Positions 19,453-28,531 of a stretch of DNA of 64,000 nt are shown one piece after another; position 1 is the stretch's first letter; each line of letters opens with the position of its first letter. The stretch is taken from the NCBI GenBank assembly GCA_018830005.1, contig JAHJTE010000001.1, forward strand, positions 193,332 through 257,331. The letters run 5' to 3'. The notes beneath the pieces were generated by a model that was not told the origin of the DNA, searched no databases, and worked only from the letters and a program-made list of their open reading frames with translations. This stretch comes from Candidatus Omnitrophota bacterium (GTDB taxonomy: Bacteria; Omnitrophota; Gorgyraeia; JAHJTE01). Position numbers and translations under genes: made by a program.

Positions 19453-20178
19453 ATGCGTTTATATGGTAAGAATTCTATATTGGAGCGCTTAAAGAGTGCC
19501 CCCCAGACAATAAATAAGATTTATATAAAGAAAGGTCTTAATCTAGAGGCAATCGTAAAACTTGCGCGCGATAAGGAAATTGCCTTTATCCATATGCCGG
19601 ATAAGAAATTCTTTAATTTCACTAGCGGCATTCATTGTCAGGGAGTAGTGGCGGAGGTTGATAAGTTTGCCTATAACTTTTTGGAAGATTTCCTTAATCG
19701 TCCCAAGCAAGAACTGCTTTCACTTGTTTTCTTAGATAATGTATGTGATCCTCAGAATCTTGGTGGTATCTTGCGAACGCTGGCTTGTTTTGGAGGATTT
19801 GCTTTAGTCATACCTAGGCACAAGAGCGCTGCTGTTAATGATACTGTTTTGAAGGTTGCCTGCGGAGGAGAAAGCTTTGTACCTGTAGCACAAGTTTCTA
19901 ATCTTTCAGTTGCCATTGAGCTTGTAAAAAAAAGTGGTTATTGGGTTGCGGGTGCTGTAACTGAAGCAGGCAAGGATTTGTTAGATATGGAGTTGCCGTT
20001 TCCACTGGCAATAGTTATCGGTTCAGAAGGAAAAGGCATTCGTCCAGGTGTAGCTAATCATATTGATTTAGGCCTTACTCTTCCCATGCCTGGTACGCGG
20101 CTGTCTTTTAATGTAGCAACGGCCACAGCCATTTTTTGCTATGAAATCTTCAGGCAAAAGAGTAAAGGGAAAAGATAG
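19453..20178 (+). CDS. TrmH/SpoU-family RNA 2'-O-methyltransferase (RlmB-like 23S rRNA Gm methyltransferase)
   Basis: SPOUT motifs 'LVFLDNVCDPQNLGGILRT', 'AIVIGSEGKGIR', 'LPMPG…SFNVATATAI'. Confidence 0.8.
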   Translation: MRLYGKNSILERLKSAPQTINKIYIKKGLNLEAIVKLARDKEIAFIHMPDKKFFNFTSGIHCQGVVAEVDKFAYNFLEDFLNRPKQELLSLVFLDNVCDPQNLGGILRTLACFGGFALVIPRHKSAAVNDTVLKVACGGESFVPVAQVSNLSVAIELVKKSGYWVAGAVTEAGKDLLDMELPFPLAIVIGSEGKGIRPGVANHIDLGLTLPMPGTRLSFNVATATAIFCYEIFRQKSKGKR

Positions 20179-20200
20179 ATTTAGCAAAAGGAGGGTTGCC

Positions 20201-20437
20201 ATGTCTGCAAAAGGAATGGTTCTAGTAAAACTTGCTCCGGGAGAAGAGAAGCAGGCGATCGAAGGGATAAGAAAGGTGCCCGGCGTTAATGACGTTACTG
20301 GAGTTTTTGGGGCCTGGGATGCAGTTTGCCATGTTGAAGGTGTGGATTTAAAGACTCTGGCTTCAGTAGTGGTAGAGAGGATTCGCGGTCTGCGGGGAGT
20401 CGTCGAGACTGAGACGCTTATTGAAGTGAAATTGTAG
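20201..20437 (+). CDS. Stand-alone Lrp/AsnC ligand-binding (RAM) domain protein; start at ATG 20201 with SD 'AAAGGAGGG'
   Basis: 'VLVKLAPGEEKQAIEGIRKVPGVNDVTGVFGAWDAVCHVEGVDLKTLASVV' matches the Lrp C-terminal regulatory domain; no HTH. Confidence 0.6.
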   Translation: MSAKGMVLVKLAPGEEKQAIEGIRKVPGVNDVTGVFGAWDAVCHVEGVDLKTLASVVVERIRGLRGVVETETLIEVKL

Positions 20438-20493
20438 TATAGATACGAGATTATTAGTTTTGCCTCTTGGTTTTGGTAAGTTAAGGATAGACT

Positions 20494-21507
20494 ATGAATA
20501 TTTTGATAGGTGTAGGATTTTTTGTTGTCGTTTTAGCAATCGCTGTATTTTTAATGATAAAAAATACAAATACGATGAATACTCGCCTTGATTCAATAAT
20601 GAGCGGGGTGAATAAACAGTTGAATTCTTTGACATCACAGCTTAATGAACGTATTAAGGAAGTCAGTCATACAATTTCAGATACACATCGGACTGTGGGT
20701 GATCGGCTTGACAGTGCAACAGAGATTTTTGGTAATGTCAGGGAATCTTTAGGTAAACTGGAAGAGACGAATAAACAGATATATGAGATAGGTCGCGACA
20801 TAAGTAGTCTGGAGCATCTATTGCGCGCCCCTAAATTTAGAGGTGAATTGGGCGAGACCATGCTCGGGAATATCTTATCTCAGGTGTTGCCCAAAGAGCA
20901 TTATAAGCTCCAGCATACATTTGATTCAGGTGAGACCGTAGATGCTGCTATTTTTATTGGAGATAATATCCTAAGTATTGATGCAAAATTCCCATATGAG
21001 AATTTTAAGCGCATGCACAATGCTGAAAACGAAAATGAGAAGAAGCAATTTATGCGCTTCTTCATCAGAGATGTAAAGAACAGAATAACCGAGATATCTT
21101 CCAAGTATATACTCCCTGATGAGAAGACATTTGATTTTGGCCTGATGTATGTTCCTGCTGAGTCACTCTTTTCTGAGATTACACGCGATTCTACAATCAG
21201 CAATTTTGCTAAAGCAAAAAAAGTAATACCTGTCTCGCCGAATACCTTTTACGCATATCTGCAGGCAATATGTCATGGTCTAAAAGGACTAACCATCCAG
21301 CGCAATATCGTAAAGATTATGAGAGAATTAGGCAAGGTAACTGGCGAATTCTCTAAGTTTAAAGGAGAATTTTCTGTACTAGGCGGCCATATTCGCAATG
21401 CCAAACAGAAATTCGACGATGCCCAGTTACGCTTGGATAGATTCGGCGATAAATTAATTAGTACGCATAATATTAAGGCCATAAAAGATGAAGCAGACGG
21501 GGCCTAA
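20494..21507 (+). CDS. rmuC: DNA recombination protein RmuC
   Basis: N-terminal TM, long coiled-coil, conserved C-terminal 'GLMYVPAESLF…PNTFYAYLQA'. Confidence 0.75.
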   Translation: MNILIGVGFFVVVLAIAVFLMIKNTNTMNTRLDSIMSGVNKQLNSLTSQLNERIKEVSHTISDTHRTVGDRLDSATEIFGNVRESLGKLEETNKQIYEIGRDISSLEHLLRAPKFRGELGETMLGNILSQVLPKEHYKLQHTFDSGETVDAAIFIGDNILSIDAKFPYENFKRMHNAENENEKKQFMRFFIRDVKNRITEISSKYILPDEKTFDFGLMYVPAESLFSEITRDSTISNFAKAKKVIPVSPNTFYAYLQAICHGLKGLTIQRNIVKIMRELGKVTGEFSKFKGEFSVLGGHIRNAKQKFDDAQLRLDRFGDKLISTHNIKAIKDEADGA

Positions 21508-22246
21508 TTTTTCCTCCAGAGATAAGATTTTAGAAGAAATAGATGGCGGATATCAATTTAGATGCTTTAAAGACAACGGCGTTATTGGTTTATTTACGGC
21601 CGAGAGAAAAGACTATAGATTCTCAAAGCAAGCTATCTTGAATCGCCAGAGCCTGCTTGAAAAATTAAATTTAGATTCTTCAAGAGTAGTCCATTTTGAG
21701 CAAGAGCATTCTTCTGATGTAGTTTGTGTTGATGATTTCAGGTTGAGGCAAACAAGCGGGCATAGACTAGTATGCGCTGATGGCCTGATCAGTAGTCTAA
21801 AGAATTTAGCTTTAGCTGTTTTTATCGCAGATTGTCTGGCAGTTTATTTTTTGGATCCTCGCAAGAGAGTAATAGGTTTAGCGCACGCAGGTTGGCGGGG
21901 AACCCTGCAGGAGATTTGCAAAAATCTGATTCAGCTTTTATCTGTTCGCTTCCAATCCGCCAGTAAGGATTTAATCGTTACCTTTAGTCCTGCAATTCGC
22001 AGTTGTTGTTATGAGGTAGGTCCTGAGGTAGCTAAATTCTTTAAAGATAGCGTCAGAGAGAAAAATGATAAATCGTTTTTGGACTTGGCGGCTGAAAATA
22101 AAAGGCAGATTATAGAGGCTGGGGTGCAACCAGAAAACATCATTGATTCTGAAATATGCACTTGCTGTAAAGGGAAAGAGTTTTTTTCTTATAGGAAGGA
22201 AGGTAAAAAAGCAGGGCGGATGATGGCCCTGATGCTACTAGTTTAA
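21488..22246 (+). CDS. YfiH/PgeF/LACC1 family (purine nucleoside phosphorylase / polyphenol-oxidase-like) protein
   Basis: His/Cys metal site 'ADCLAVYF…GLAHAGWRGT' and 'CTCC'; 252 aa. Confidence 0.7.
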   Translation: MKQTGPNFSSRDKILEEIDGGYQFRCFKDNGVIGLFTAERKDYRFSKQAILNRQSLLEKLNLDSSRVVHFEQEHSSDVVCVDDFRLRQTSGHRLVCADGLISSLKNLALAVFIADCLAVYFLDPRKRVIGLAHAGWRGTLQEICKNLIQLLSVRFQSASKDLIVTFSPAIRSCCYEVGPEVAKFFKDSVREKNDKSFLDLAAENKRQIIEAGVQPENIIDSEICTCCKGKEFFSYRKEGKKAGRMMALMLLV

Positions 22247-22268
22247 GATGTAGATAAGAGGTGGATAA

Positions 22269-22742
22269 ATGTCTAAGGCATTGATAATTTATTATTCCCG
22301 TTCTGGTAATACGGCTAAGATGGCCCAAGAGATTGCAGCAGGAATAAAAGAAGAAGGGATTGAGGTAGATATAAAAAAGATTAACGAGGTAAAGCCAGAA
22401 ATGCTTTTTGATTATGATGCGATAATTATAGGTTCGCCGACTTACTATGGTTCTATGGCAGCACAGATAAAGAGCCTACTGGATGAAACTGTTAGATTTC
22501 ATGGCAAGCTCGATGCTAAGATAGGAGCAGCATTTTCCTCTGCAGCTAACATTGGTGGTGGCAACGAAACTACAATCCTGGATATATTACATGCCATGCT
22601 CATACACGGGATGATTATTCAAGGTGATCCTTCTGGTGATCACTATGGAACAGTTGCAATTAATAAGCCTGATAGCCGCAGTCAAAAGGGGTGTTTGCGT
22701 CAGGGAAAACGTATAGCAGGACTGATTAAACGTCTTAAATAG
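22269..22742 (+). CDS. Flavodoxin-like fold NAD(P)H-dependent FMN oxidoreductase (WrbA-like, short)
   Basis: 'ALIIYYSRSGNTAKMA' FMN-binding start, 'IIIGSPTYYGSMAAQ'. Confidence 0.7.
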   Translation: MSKALIIYYSRSGNTAKMAQEIAAGIKEEGIEVDIKKINEVKPEMLFDYDAIIIGSPTYYGSMAAQIKSLLDETVRFHGKLDAKIGAAFSSAANIGGGNETTILDILHAMLIHGMIIQGDPSGDHYGTVAINKPDSRSQKGCLRQGKRIAGLIKRLK

Positions 22743-22768
22743 TGTTAGCTAAAATAAAGGATGAGACA

Positions 22769-23095
22769 ATGAGTAAATACAGCCTTATTTTCGTAACAGT
22801 GCCAGACAAAAGGCATGCTAAAAAGATAGCTCGCGCCCTGCTTAAGGAAAGACTTGCTGCCTGCGTAAACATTATAAACAGCTTGGAATCTTTCTTCTGG
22901 TGGCAGGGTAAGATTGATAGGGCTTCTGAATCACTTTTGATTATCAAAACTAAGAAACAATTATTTTCGAAGATCTCTAAACTGGTAACTAAGTTACACC
23001 CTTATGATACACCGGAAGTAATTTCTCTTTCTCTAGAGAAGATTATTCCACGTTACCGTCGGTGGCTAGATGCAAGTATCTCTAAATCCTCTTAG
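22769..23095 (+). CDS. cutA: Divalent-cation tolerance protein CutA; start at MSKYS, ATG 22769, after a GGA SD
   Basis: 'LIFVTVPDKRHAKKIARALLKERLAACVNII…SFFWWQGKI' CutA1 signature. Confidence 0.8.
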   Translation: MSKYSLIFVTVPDKRHAKKIARALLKERLAACVNIINSLESFFWWQGKIDRASESLLIIKTKKQLFSKISKLVTKLHPYDTPEVISLSLEKIIPRYRRWLDASISKSS

Positions 23096-23753
23096 TTTCA
23101 TAACCGTATTTTTTTATGGGGTGCTAGTAAGTTTTTCTCCCTGTATTTATCCTTTTATCCCTATTACCCTTTCCTATATCGGAGCAAAAGGCTCTTCTTC
23201 TAAGATAAGAGGTTTTTACCTTAGTCTGGTCTATGCGATTGGGTTGGCCTTTGCCTTTTCTGTTTTAGGCACTCTAGCAGCATTGAGCGGAAAGGTCTTT
23301 GGCACCTTTACTCAAAGTGCCTATTTTTATTTACTTATTGCTAATATCTATATATTATTAGGACTAAGCCTACTTGGAGTTATAAATTTTCCCTCTAAGA
23401 ATATTGCCTTCTTTGGCAATATGGCCAATAAACTATCTGCAGCCAGAGGTCTGATTGGGATATTTCTGTTAGGCCTACTTTCAGGTGTAGTTGTTAGTCC
23501 TTGTGCTGTAGCATTTCTGGGAGCGATTCTCGCGTCTATAGCAAAAGAAAGGAGTATTTTTTTAGGAATTAGTTTGCTTTCTTGTTTTGCCCTGGGCATG
23601 AGTTCTTTATTGATCCTTGCCGGCACCTTTGGTAGTATCCTGTATTCCTTACCTAAGTCCGGCCTCTGGAATGAAAGATTGAAAAAAGCAGGCGGTCTTA
23701 TATTAATAGTCGGGGGAGAATATTTTTTAATAACTGCCGGCTTCTTACTATGA
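23070..23753 (+). CDS. ccdA: Cytochrome c-type biogenesis / thiol-disulfide transporter CcdA (DsbD beta-domain family)
   Basis: TM protein with paired Cys motifs 'SFSPCIYPFIP' and 'VVVSPCAVAFLG'. Confidence 0.8.
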   Translation: MQVSLNPLSFITVFFYGVLVSFSPCIYPFIPITLSYIGAKGSSSKIRGFYLSLVYAIGLAFAFSVLGTLAALSGKVFGTFTQSAYFYLLIANIYILLGLSLLGVINFPSKNIAFFGNMANKLSAARGLIGIFLLGLLSGVVVSPCAVAFLGAILASIAKERSIFLGISLLSCFALGMSSLLILAGTFGSILYSLPKSGLWNERLKKAGGLILIVGGEYFLITAGFLL

Positions 23754-24217
23754 AGGAGATAAATAAACCTATAATGAAAAAAGCCCAAATCTTATTTTTT
23801 GTTATTTTTTTCCTGTCTCTACCCTTAATTAAAATAGGTTATGCAGATACAGTTGCTGCACCTGATTTCACATTAGGAGATATGAATGGTCAAGATTTTA
23901 CTCTTTCTGATTTTAAAGGTAAACAGAAGGTGCTTCTTTTCTTCTGGGCAACATGGTGTTTTCATTGTCGCCAGGCCTTAAAAGAAATAAATCAGAAAAA
24001 ATCAGATTATAAGATAGTAACTATCAATATCGGCGAACCTAAAGACAGGGTTAAGGAATTTCTTGCGAAAAACAACTATGATGTTTACACATTGCTTGAT
24101 GAGAAGAATAAAGTGGCCTTTTCTTATTTTATCTTTGCAGTACCGACCTTTGTTTTAATTGATAAAGATCTTACAATCGAGTATATGGATCATGTCTTTC
24201 CACCCGATTTAGATTAG
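23750..24217 (+). CDS. Thioredoxin-like TlpA/ResA family thiol:disulfide oxidoreductase, secreted
   Basis: Signal peptide 'MKKAQILFFVIFFLSLPLIKIGYA'; CxxC 'WATWCFHCRQ'; ATGA overlap with ccdA stop. Confidence 0.8.
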   Translation: MKEINKPIMKKAQILFFVIFFLSLPLIKIGYADTVAAPDFTLGDMNGQDFTLSDFKGKQKVLLFFWATWCFHCRQALKEINQKKSDYKIVTINIGEPKDRVKEFLAKNNYDVYTLLDEKNKVAFSYFIFAVPTFVLIDKDLTIEYMDHVFPPDLD

Positions 24218-24244
24218 GGCTAGGTTCATAATTTATTAGCGCAA

Positions 24245-25297
24245 ATGAAAAAAGCCAAGTTAGATTTTTATCCTAAGTGTTCAGCTTCTGCTATTGGAAG
24301 TCTTCCCTTTATCAGCCCCCAAGAGGCAGTCGAGGCTGTGTTTGGCGCTGGTCTTGAGATTCCTTTTTGGCCTCAATTGCCAAAAAGAGACTTCCGAGAA
24401 GGTATGCTATTTCAATTTATCGAGAATTTAAGTTTTTTGAATATAAAAGATAAATCAATCGTACTTAGTGATGGTTATAACCGCAACCTGGAGCATGTTT
24501 TTGAAGCGATAATAAAGAAAGACTTAGATTTTTTTTCTATTAGTAATGAGTATGCAGCAGGCTTAGTTGAGTTTCTAGATTATCTAAAAAAGAAAAATCC
24601 GGATGTTGAATTTATCAAGGGTCAGATCACCGGTCCATTTACCCTTGCCTCGCAGATTAAGGCCCCAGATGGCAACAGCCTGCTTTTTGATGCACAACTC
24701 TTGGATGCCGTAGTTTCAGGGCTGGCAATGAAGGCAGCCTGGCAGATAAGGGAATTTAAGCGGCTGAAAAGACGTGGCATCATTTTTATTGATGAGCCCT
24801 ATCTTGCCTGTTTTGGTTCAGGTTTTACTCCTGTTAACCGCAAGGATGTGGTTGAAATTATAAACCGTCTTATCCAGACCATAGAAGAGCCAGAGTGTCT
24901 AATCGGCTTGCACTGTTGCTCTAATACAGACTGGTCACTTCTATTAGAGACAGATATTGATATTATAAGTTTTGATGCCTTTTCTTATTTTGAGCGCTTT
25001 AGTCTTTATCCTAGAGAGCTAAAAGACTTCTTAGGAAAGGGCGGCGCAATTGCCTGGGGTATTGTTCCGACATCGGAATTTAACTCTAATATTAGCAGCG
25101 AGGATCTAGTTGCTAAATTCGAAGAAGGCCTGACTAGTTTAGAAGCTAAGGGATTGGATAAGAAGGAGCTTATCAACAGCTCACTTATTACTCCCAGTTG
25201 CGGTATGGGTTCATTATCTGGCGGAGATTGCGAGTTAATATTGAAGCTACTTTGTCAAACCTCAAGGCGTCTGAAGGAGAGATTTTCTCTTTCTTAA
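24245..25297 (+). CDS. URO-D/MetE-fold protein (cobalamin-independent methionine synthase-like / methyltransferase MtaA-like)
   Basis: 350 aa; 'IIFIDEPYLA', 'GLHCCSNTDW' putative Zn-ligand region, terminal 'SCGMG'; family assignment tentative. Confidence 0.4.
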   Translation: MKKAKLDFYPKCSASAIGSLPFISPQEAVEAVFGAGLEIPFWPQLPKRDFREGMLFQFIENLSFLNIKDKSIVLSDGYNRNLEHVFEAIIKKDLDFFSISNEYAAGLVEFLDYLKKKNPDVEFIKGQITGPFTLASQIKAPDGNSLLFDAQLLDAVVSGLAMKAAWQIREFKRLKRRGIIFIDEPYLACFGSGFTPVNRKDVVEIINRLIQTIEEPECLIGLHCCSNTDWSLLLETDIDIISFDAFSYFERFSLYPRELKDFLGKGGAIAWGIVPTSEFNSNISSEDLVAKFEEGLTSLEAKGLDKKELINSSLITPSCGMGSLSGGDCELILKLLCQTSRRLKERFSLS

Positions 25298-25399
25298 TCA
25301 GCCTTGATGCCTTCCTATTCTGGACTAAATCGTTCTAAATTAATTAATGTTTACCTCTAAGTTGGTCGTCAAAATGGCAAAAAATAGCATAGAAAGTAA

Positions 25400-26407
25400 A
25401 TGAGAAGAGAAGAACAGCAGTTAAGGCAAGAGATCATCAAAATAGGCAAAAGGCTGTATGATTTGCGTCTGGTGGTAGCTAAGGGCGGTAACTTAAGCGC
25501 AAGCCTGGGTAGTGATTTAATTTTAATAACCGCAAGCGGCTGCTGTCTAGGCCAACTTAAAGAAAAGGATATTTTGAAGGTTAACCTTACTCAGGCTCGA
25601 AGTATCGAGGATAAGGCCTTGACTACAGAATTTTCTTTGCATAGTTTAATTTATAAAAATTTTAAATTTAAAACAGTAATCCATTGTCATCCACCTTTAA
25701 TTAATGCCTATTATTCAGTTAATGATAGCTTAGAGAATATAACCTTTGAGAGTAAATTGTTTTTAGGTAAAGTGCCTCAAGTCAAACAGGCTACGCCTAA
25801 TATAAGCCAGCCTCAAGATGTAATTGAGGTATTAAGGCTTAGCAATATCGTGGTTATTAAAAATCACGGAGTTGTTTGTATGCATGAGAGTTTTGATGAG
25901 GCATTTTATCTGATTGAAGAATTAGAAGAGGCTGTGAGAACAGCCGCAGTTGCTAGACTTTTTAAAAAAGAGAATTTGAATCTTCTCAACCAGCAGCTTA
26001 AACAGACATTATCACCCCCTAAGTCAAAATCTAGGTATGATATGTTTACTAGAGAGCACATAGAGGCAATCCTAGATCTAGTAAAGAATGACGAATTTAT
26101 CTTAAAGAAAGGTAAGGAGCTGGATTTGACCTTAGGGCTTGCTATGAAGGTTGAAGGAGAAGATGAAGTCTATAAATTTCATTTTGAACAGGGCAAGGTC
26201 AAGGGCCTAGAGTTTGATGATAATACACCTTTTGTAATCTCAGCACCACAAGAGGTCTGGAGATTGATATTTCAAGGCCAACTCGATCCCTTTGTTGCAA
26301 TTACGCAAGGCAAGATGAGGTTAAAGGGTGGCTTAGGCAGGCTTTCGCGCTGGTATGAACCTTTGAGTCGTCTGTTTGAATTATTTAAAGCGATAAGCCT
26401 TAAATAA
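25400..26407 (+). CDS. Class II aldolase/adducin-domain protein fused to C-terminal SCP2 sterol-carrier-like domain
   Basis: Aldolase_II N-term 'GGNLSASLGSDLILITASG', Zn-His 'HCHPP', C-terminal 'FVAITQGKMRLKGGLGRLSRW' SCP2-like. Confidence 0.6.
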   Translation: MRREEQQLRQEIIKIGKRLYDLRLVVAKGGNLSASLGSDLILITASGCCLGQLKEKDILKVNLTQARSIEDKALTTEFSLHSLIYKNFKFKTVIHCHPPLINAYYSVNDSLENITFESKLFLGKVPQVKQATPNISQPQDVIEVLRLSNIVVIKNHGVVCMHESFDEAFYLIEELEEAVRTAAVARLFKKENLNLLNQQLKQTLSPPKSKSRYDMFTREHIEAILDLVKNDEFILKKGKELDLTLGLAMKVEGEDEVYKFHFEQGKVKGLEFDDNTPFVISAPQEVWRLIFQGQLDPFVAITQGKMRLKGGLGRLSRWYEPLSRLFELFKAISLK

Positions 26408-26418
26408 TAGTTTTTTTC

Positions 26419-26447
26419 TTGACAAAAGAGGCAGGCACCCCTATATT
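26419..26447 (+). promoter_or_regulatory. Near-consensus sigma70-type promoter: TTGACA (26419-26424) - 17 nt - TATATT (26442-26447), upstream of the por operon
   Basis: Hexamers and spacing read directly from the sequence; about 60 nt upstream of porG start. Confidence 0.5.
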
Positions 26448-26508
26448 AATAACATTGTGCTAAGTTTAGTGCCCGTCTGATTTTTATCTTAACCCATAGA
26501 GAGATATA

Positions 26509-27054
26509 ATGAAAGAAATACGTATTCATGCCCGTGCCGGCCAAGGTGCAATAACTACTGCCACAATCCTAGGTCATGCCTATTTTGCTGAAGGCAAATT
26601 TCCCTATGCATTTCCTCATTTTGGTGCTGCAAGGATGGGGGCGCCGATGAATGCCTTTGTGCGCGTAGATGAAAAGAAGGTACGCTTGCGCTCTCAGGTT
26701 TATGAGCCAGACTTTTTAATTATTGCAGATGCTACTTTAATGCGCGGATTTAATTGTTTTACAGGATTTAAGCCCGGCGGTATAGCCGTCATTAATGAGC
26801 AAGAAAAATACGAGATTAAAGAGATAAAGGATGATCAGAAGGTCTTCTTTGTGCCGGCAAACAATATTGCCAGGGAGACTATAGGAAGGCCTATTGTCAA
26901 TACTACACTTTTAGGAGCCTTTGCTGCTGCCTCGGGTGAATTTAAATTAGAGTCTTTAATTGAAGCAATAAATAAACGTTTTAGCGACAAGTTAGCCGAA
27001 GTAAATATTGCTGCTGCCAAAAAAGGTTTTGAATACATAAAGAACAATTCCTGA
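26509..27054 (+). CDS. porG: Pyruvate (2-oxoacid):ferredoxin oxidoreductase gamma subunit
   Basis: 'IRIHARAGQGAITTATILGHA'; 181 aa; first gene of a four-gene G-D-A-B arrangement. Confidence 0.85.
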   Translation: MKEIRIHARAGQGAITTATILGHAYFAEGKFPYAFPHFGAARMGAPMNAFVRVDEKKVRLRSQVYEPDFLIIADATLMRGFNCFTGFKPGGIAVINEQEKYEIKEIKDDQKVFFVPANNIARETIGRPIVNTTLLGAFAAASGEFKLESLIEAINKRFSDKLAEVNIAAAKKGFEYIKNNS

Positions 27055-27083
27055 ATTGCAACTACTATTTTAGGTAAGGAGAA

Positions 27084-27350
27084 TTGATGTTTGGTCCAAG
27101 AGTAAGTAAAGCTGGCTCAGGCCTAAGGCATAAGACAGGTGCTTGGCGCACAGAAAAAAAACCGAAATTTCTCAAAAAAAATTGTATTGCCTGCAGGATG
27201 TGTGTGATGATTTGTCCTGAAGGCTGTATTACAGGTAAGGAAAAGAATACTTTTATTTGTGATTATAATTATTGCAAGGGTTGCGGAAACTGCGTAGCAA
27301 TCTGTCCTAAGAAAGACATTATTATGGTTAAGGAGGCGGAGAAACTCTGA
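27084..27350 (+). CDS. porD: 2-oxoacid:ferredoxin oxidoreductase delta subunit (2x[4Fe-4S] ferredoxin)
   Basis: 'CIACRMCVMICPEGC' and 'CKGCGNCVAICP'. Confidence 0.85.
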   Translation: MMFGPRVSKAGSGLRHKTGAWRTEKKPKFLKKNCIACRMCVMICPEGCITGKEKNTFICDYNYCKGCGNCVAICPKKDIIMVKEAEKL

Positions 27351-28531
27351 TGAGGCAGTTCCTGGAGGGTTCACAGGCAGTCGCTGAAAGCGTAAAATTG
27401 TGCAGACCAGGTGTTATATCTGCATATCCGATTACACCCCAGACACATATTGTCGAAGGCTTAGCGCAGATGGTTGCTGACGGAGATTTAAAAGCCCAAT
27501 TTATTAATGTCGAGAGCGAACATTCAGCGGCTAGTTTAGTTTTAGGTGCCAGCGCTACAGGTGCACGAGCCTTTACTGCGACTAGCTCTCAAGGTCTGCT
27601 TTTGATGGCTGAGGTATTGTTTAACATTGCTGGTATGCGTCTACCTTTAGTATTGACTTGTGCTAACCGTTCAGTGTCTGCGCCTATAAATATTTGGAAT
27701 GACCACCAGGATGCAGTAACTGTGCGTGACAGCGGTTGGATTCAGTTCTGGGCAGAGGATATACAGGATGTTATAGATCTACATATCCAGGCATACCGAT
27801 TGAGTGAGGATAGCCGCGTTTATTTGCCAGTTATGGTGAATATGGATGGTTACATTTTAACCCATGGCCTTGAGGTTGCAGATCTACCCAGCCAGAAAGA
27901 TGTGGATAAATTCCTGCCCGCTTATAATCCGTCCTATAAATTAGATGTAGAGAATCCTATGACCTTAGGATTTTTGGCTACTCCTGATTATTATATGGAG
28001 ACACGTTTTGCCATTGCTAAAACACTCTCAGATACCTTAGAGATAATCCCGGAAATTGCCAAAGGATTTAAGAAGGTATTTGGCAGAGAAAGCGGTGGAT
28101 TACTGCAGGCCTACAGATGTGAAGATGCTGAGGTAGTTCTTGTGGCCAAGGGTTCACTAATAGGCACGATTAAAGATACTGTTGATGATTTAAGAGCCGA
28201 AGGTAAAAAAGTAGGCGTCCTAAAACTGATTACCTACCGGCCTTTTCCAGCTAAGGCTATTTGTGATTGCCTGGCTAAAATTCCCAATATAGGCGTAGTT
28301 GAAAAATCTATTTCTCTGGGAGCAACCGGGCCATTGTATGCAGATATAACCTCAGTTCTTCCTAAAGAAACCAAACGCAATATTGGCGGTTTTGTTATTG
28401 GATTGGGTGGTAGAGATATTAAAAAGCGCGATATACGAGAGATTTTCGATAGATTAATCGAAAGTCCAAATCCCTGTCAGTTTATCGGCATAAAGGGAGA
28501 TTTACTAAAGGAAGATTCTAAGAATGAGTAA
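27350..28531 (+). CDS. porA: 2-oxoacid:ferredoxin oxidoreductase alpha subunit
   Basis: 393 aa; 'EGSQAVAESVKLCRPGVISAYPITPQT'; ATGA overlap with porD. Confidence 0.85.
   Translation: MRQFLEGSQAVAESVKLCRPGVISAYPITPQTHIVEGLAQMVADGDLKAQFINVESEHSAASLVLGASATGARAFTATSSQGLLLMAEVLFNIAGMRLPLVLTCANRSVSAPINIWNDHQDAVTVRDSGWIQFWAEDIQDVIDLHIQAYRLSEDSRVYLPVMVNMDGYILTHGLEVADLPSQKDVDKFLPAYNPSYKLDVENPMTLGFLATPDYYMETRFAIAKTLSDTLEIIPEIAKGFKKVFGRESGGLLQAYRCEDAEVVLVAKGSLIGTIKDTVDDLRAEGKKVGVLKLITYRPFPAKAICDCLAKIPNIGVVEKSISLGATGPLYADITSVLPKETKRNIGGFVIGLGGRDIKKRDIREIFDRLIESPNPCQFIGIKGDLLKEDSKNE

Noticed and set aside
23750-23773. Alternative later start (MKKAQ, 23774) for the TlpA-like gene
   Set aside because: Both starts are possible. 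The ATG at 23750 gives an ATGA overlap with ccdA, typical of this genome, so I kept the upstream start. The signal peptide is intact either way.
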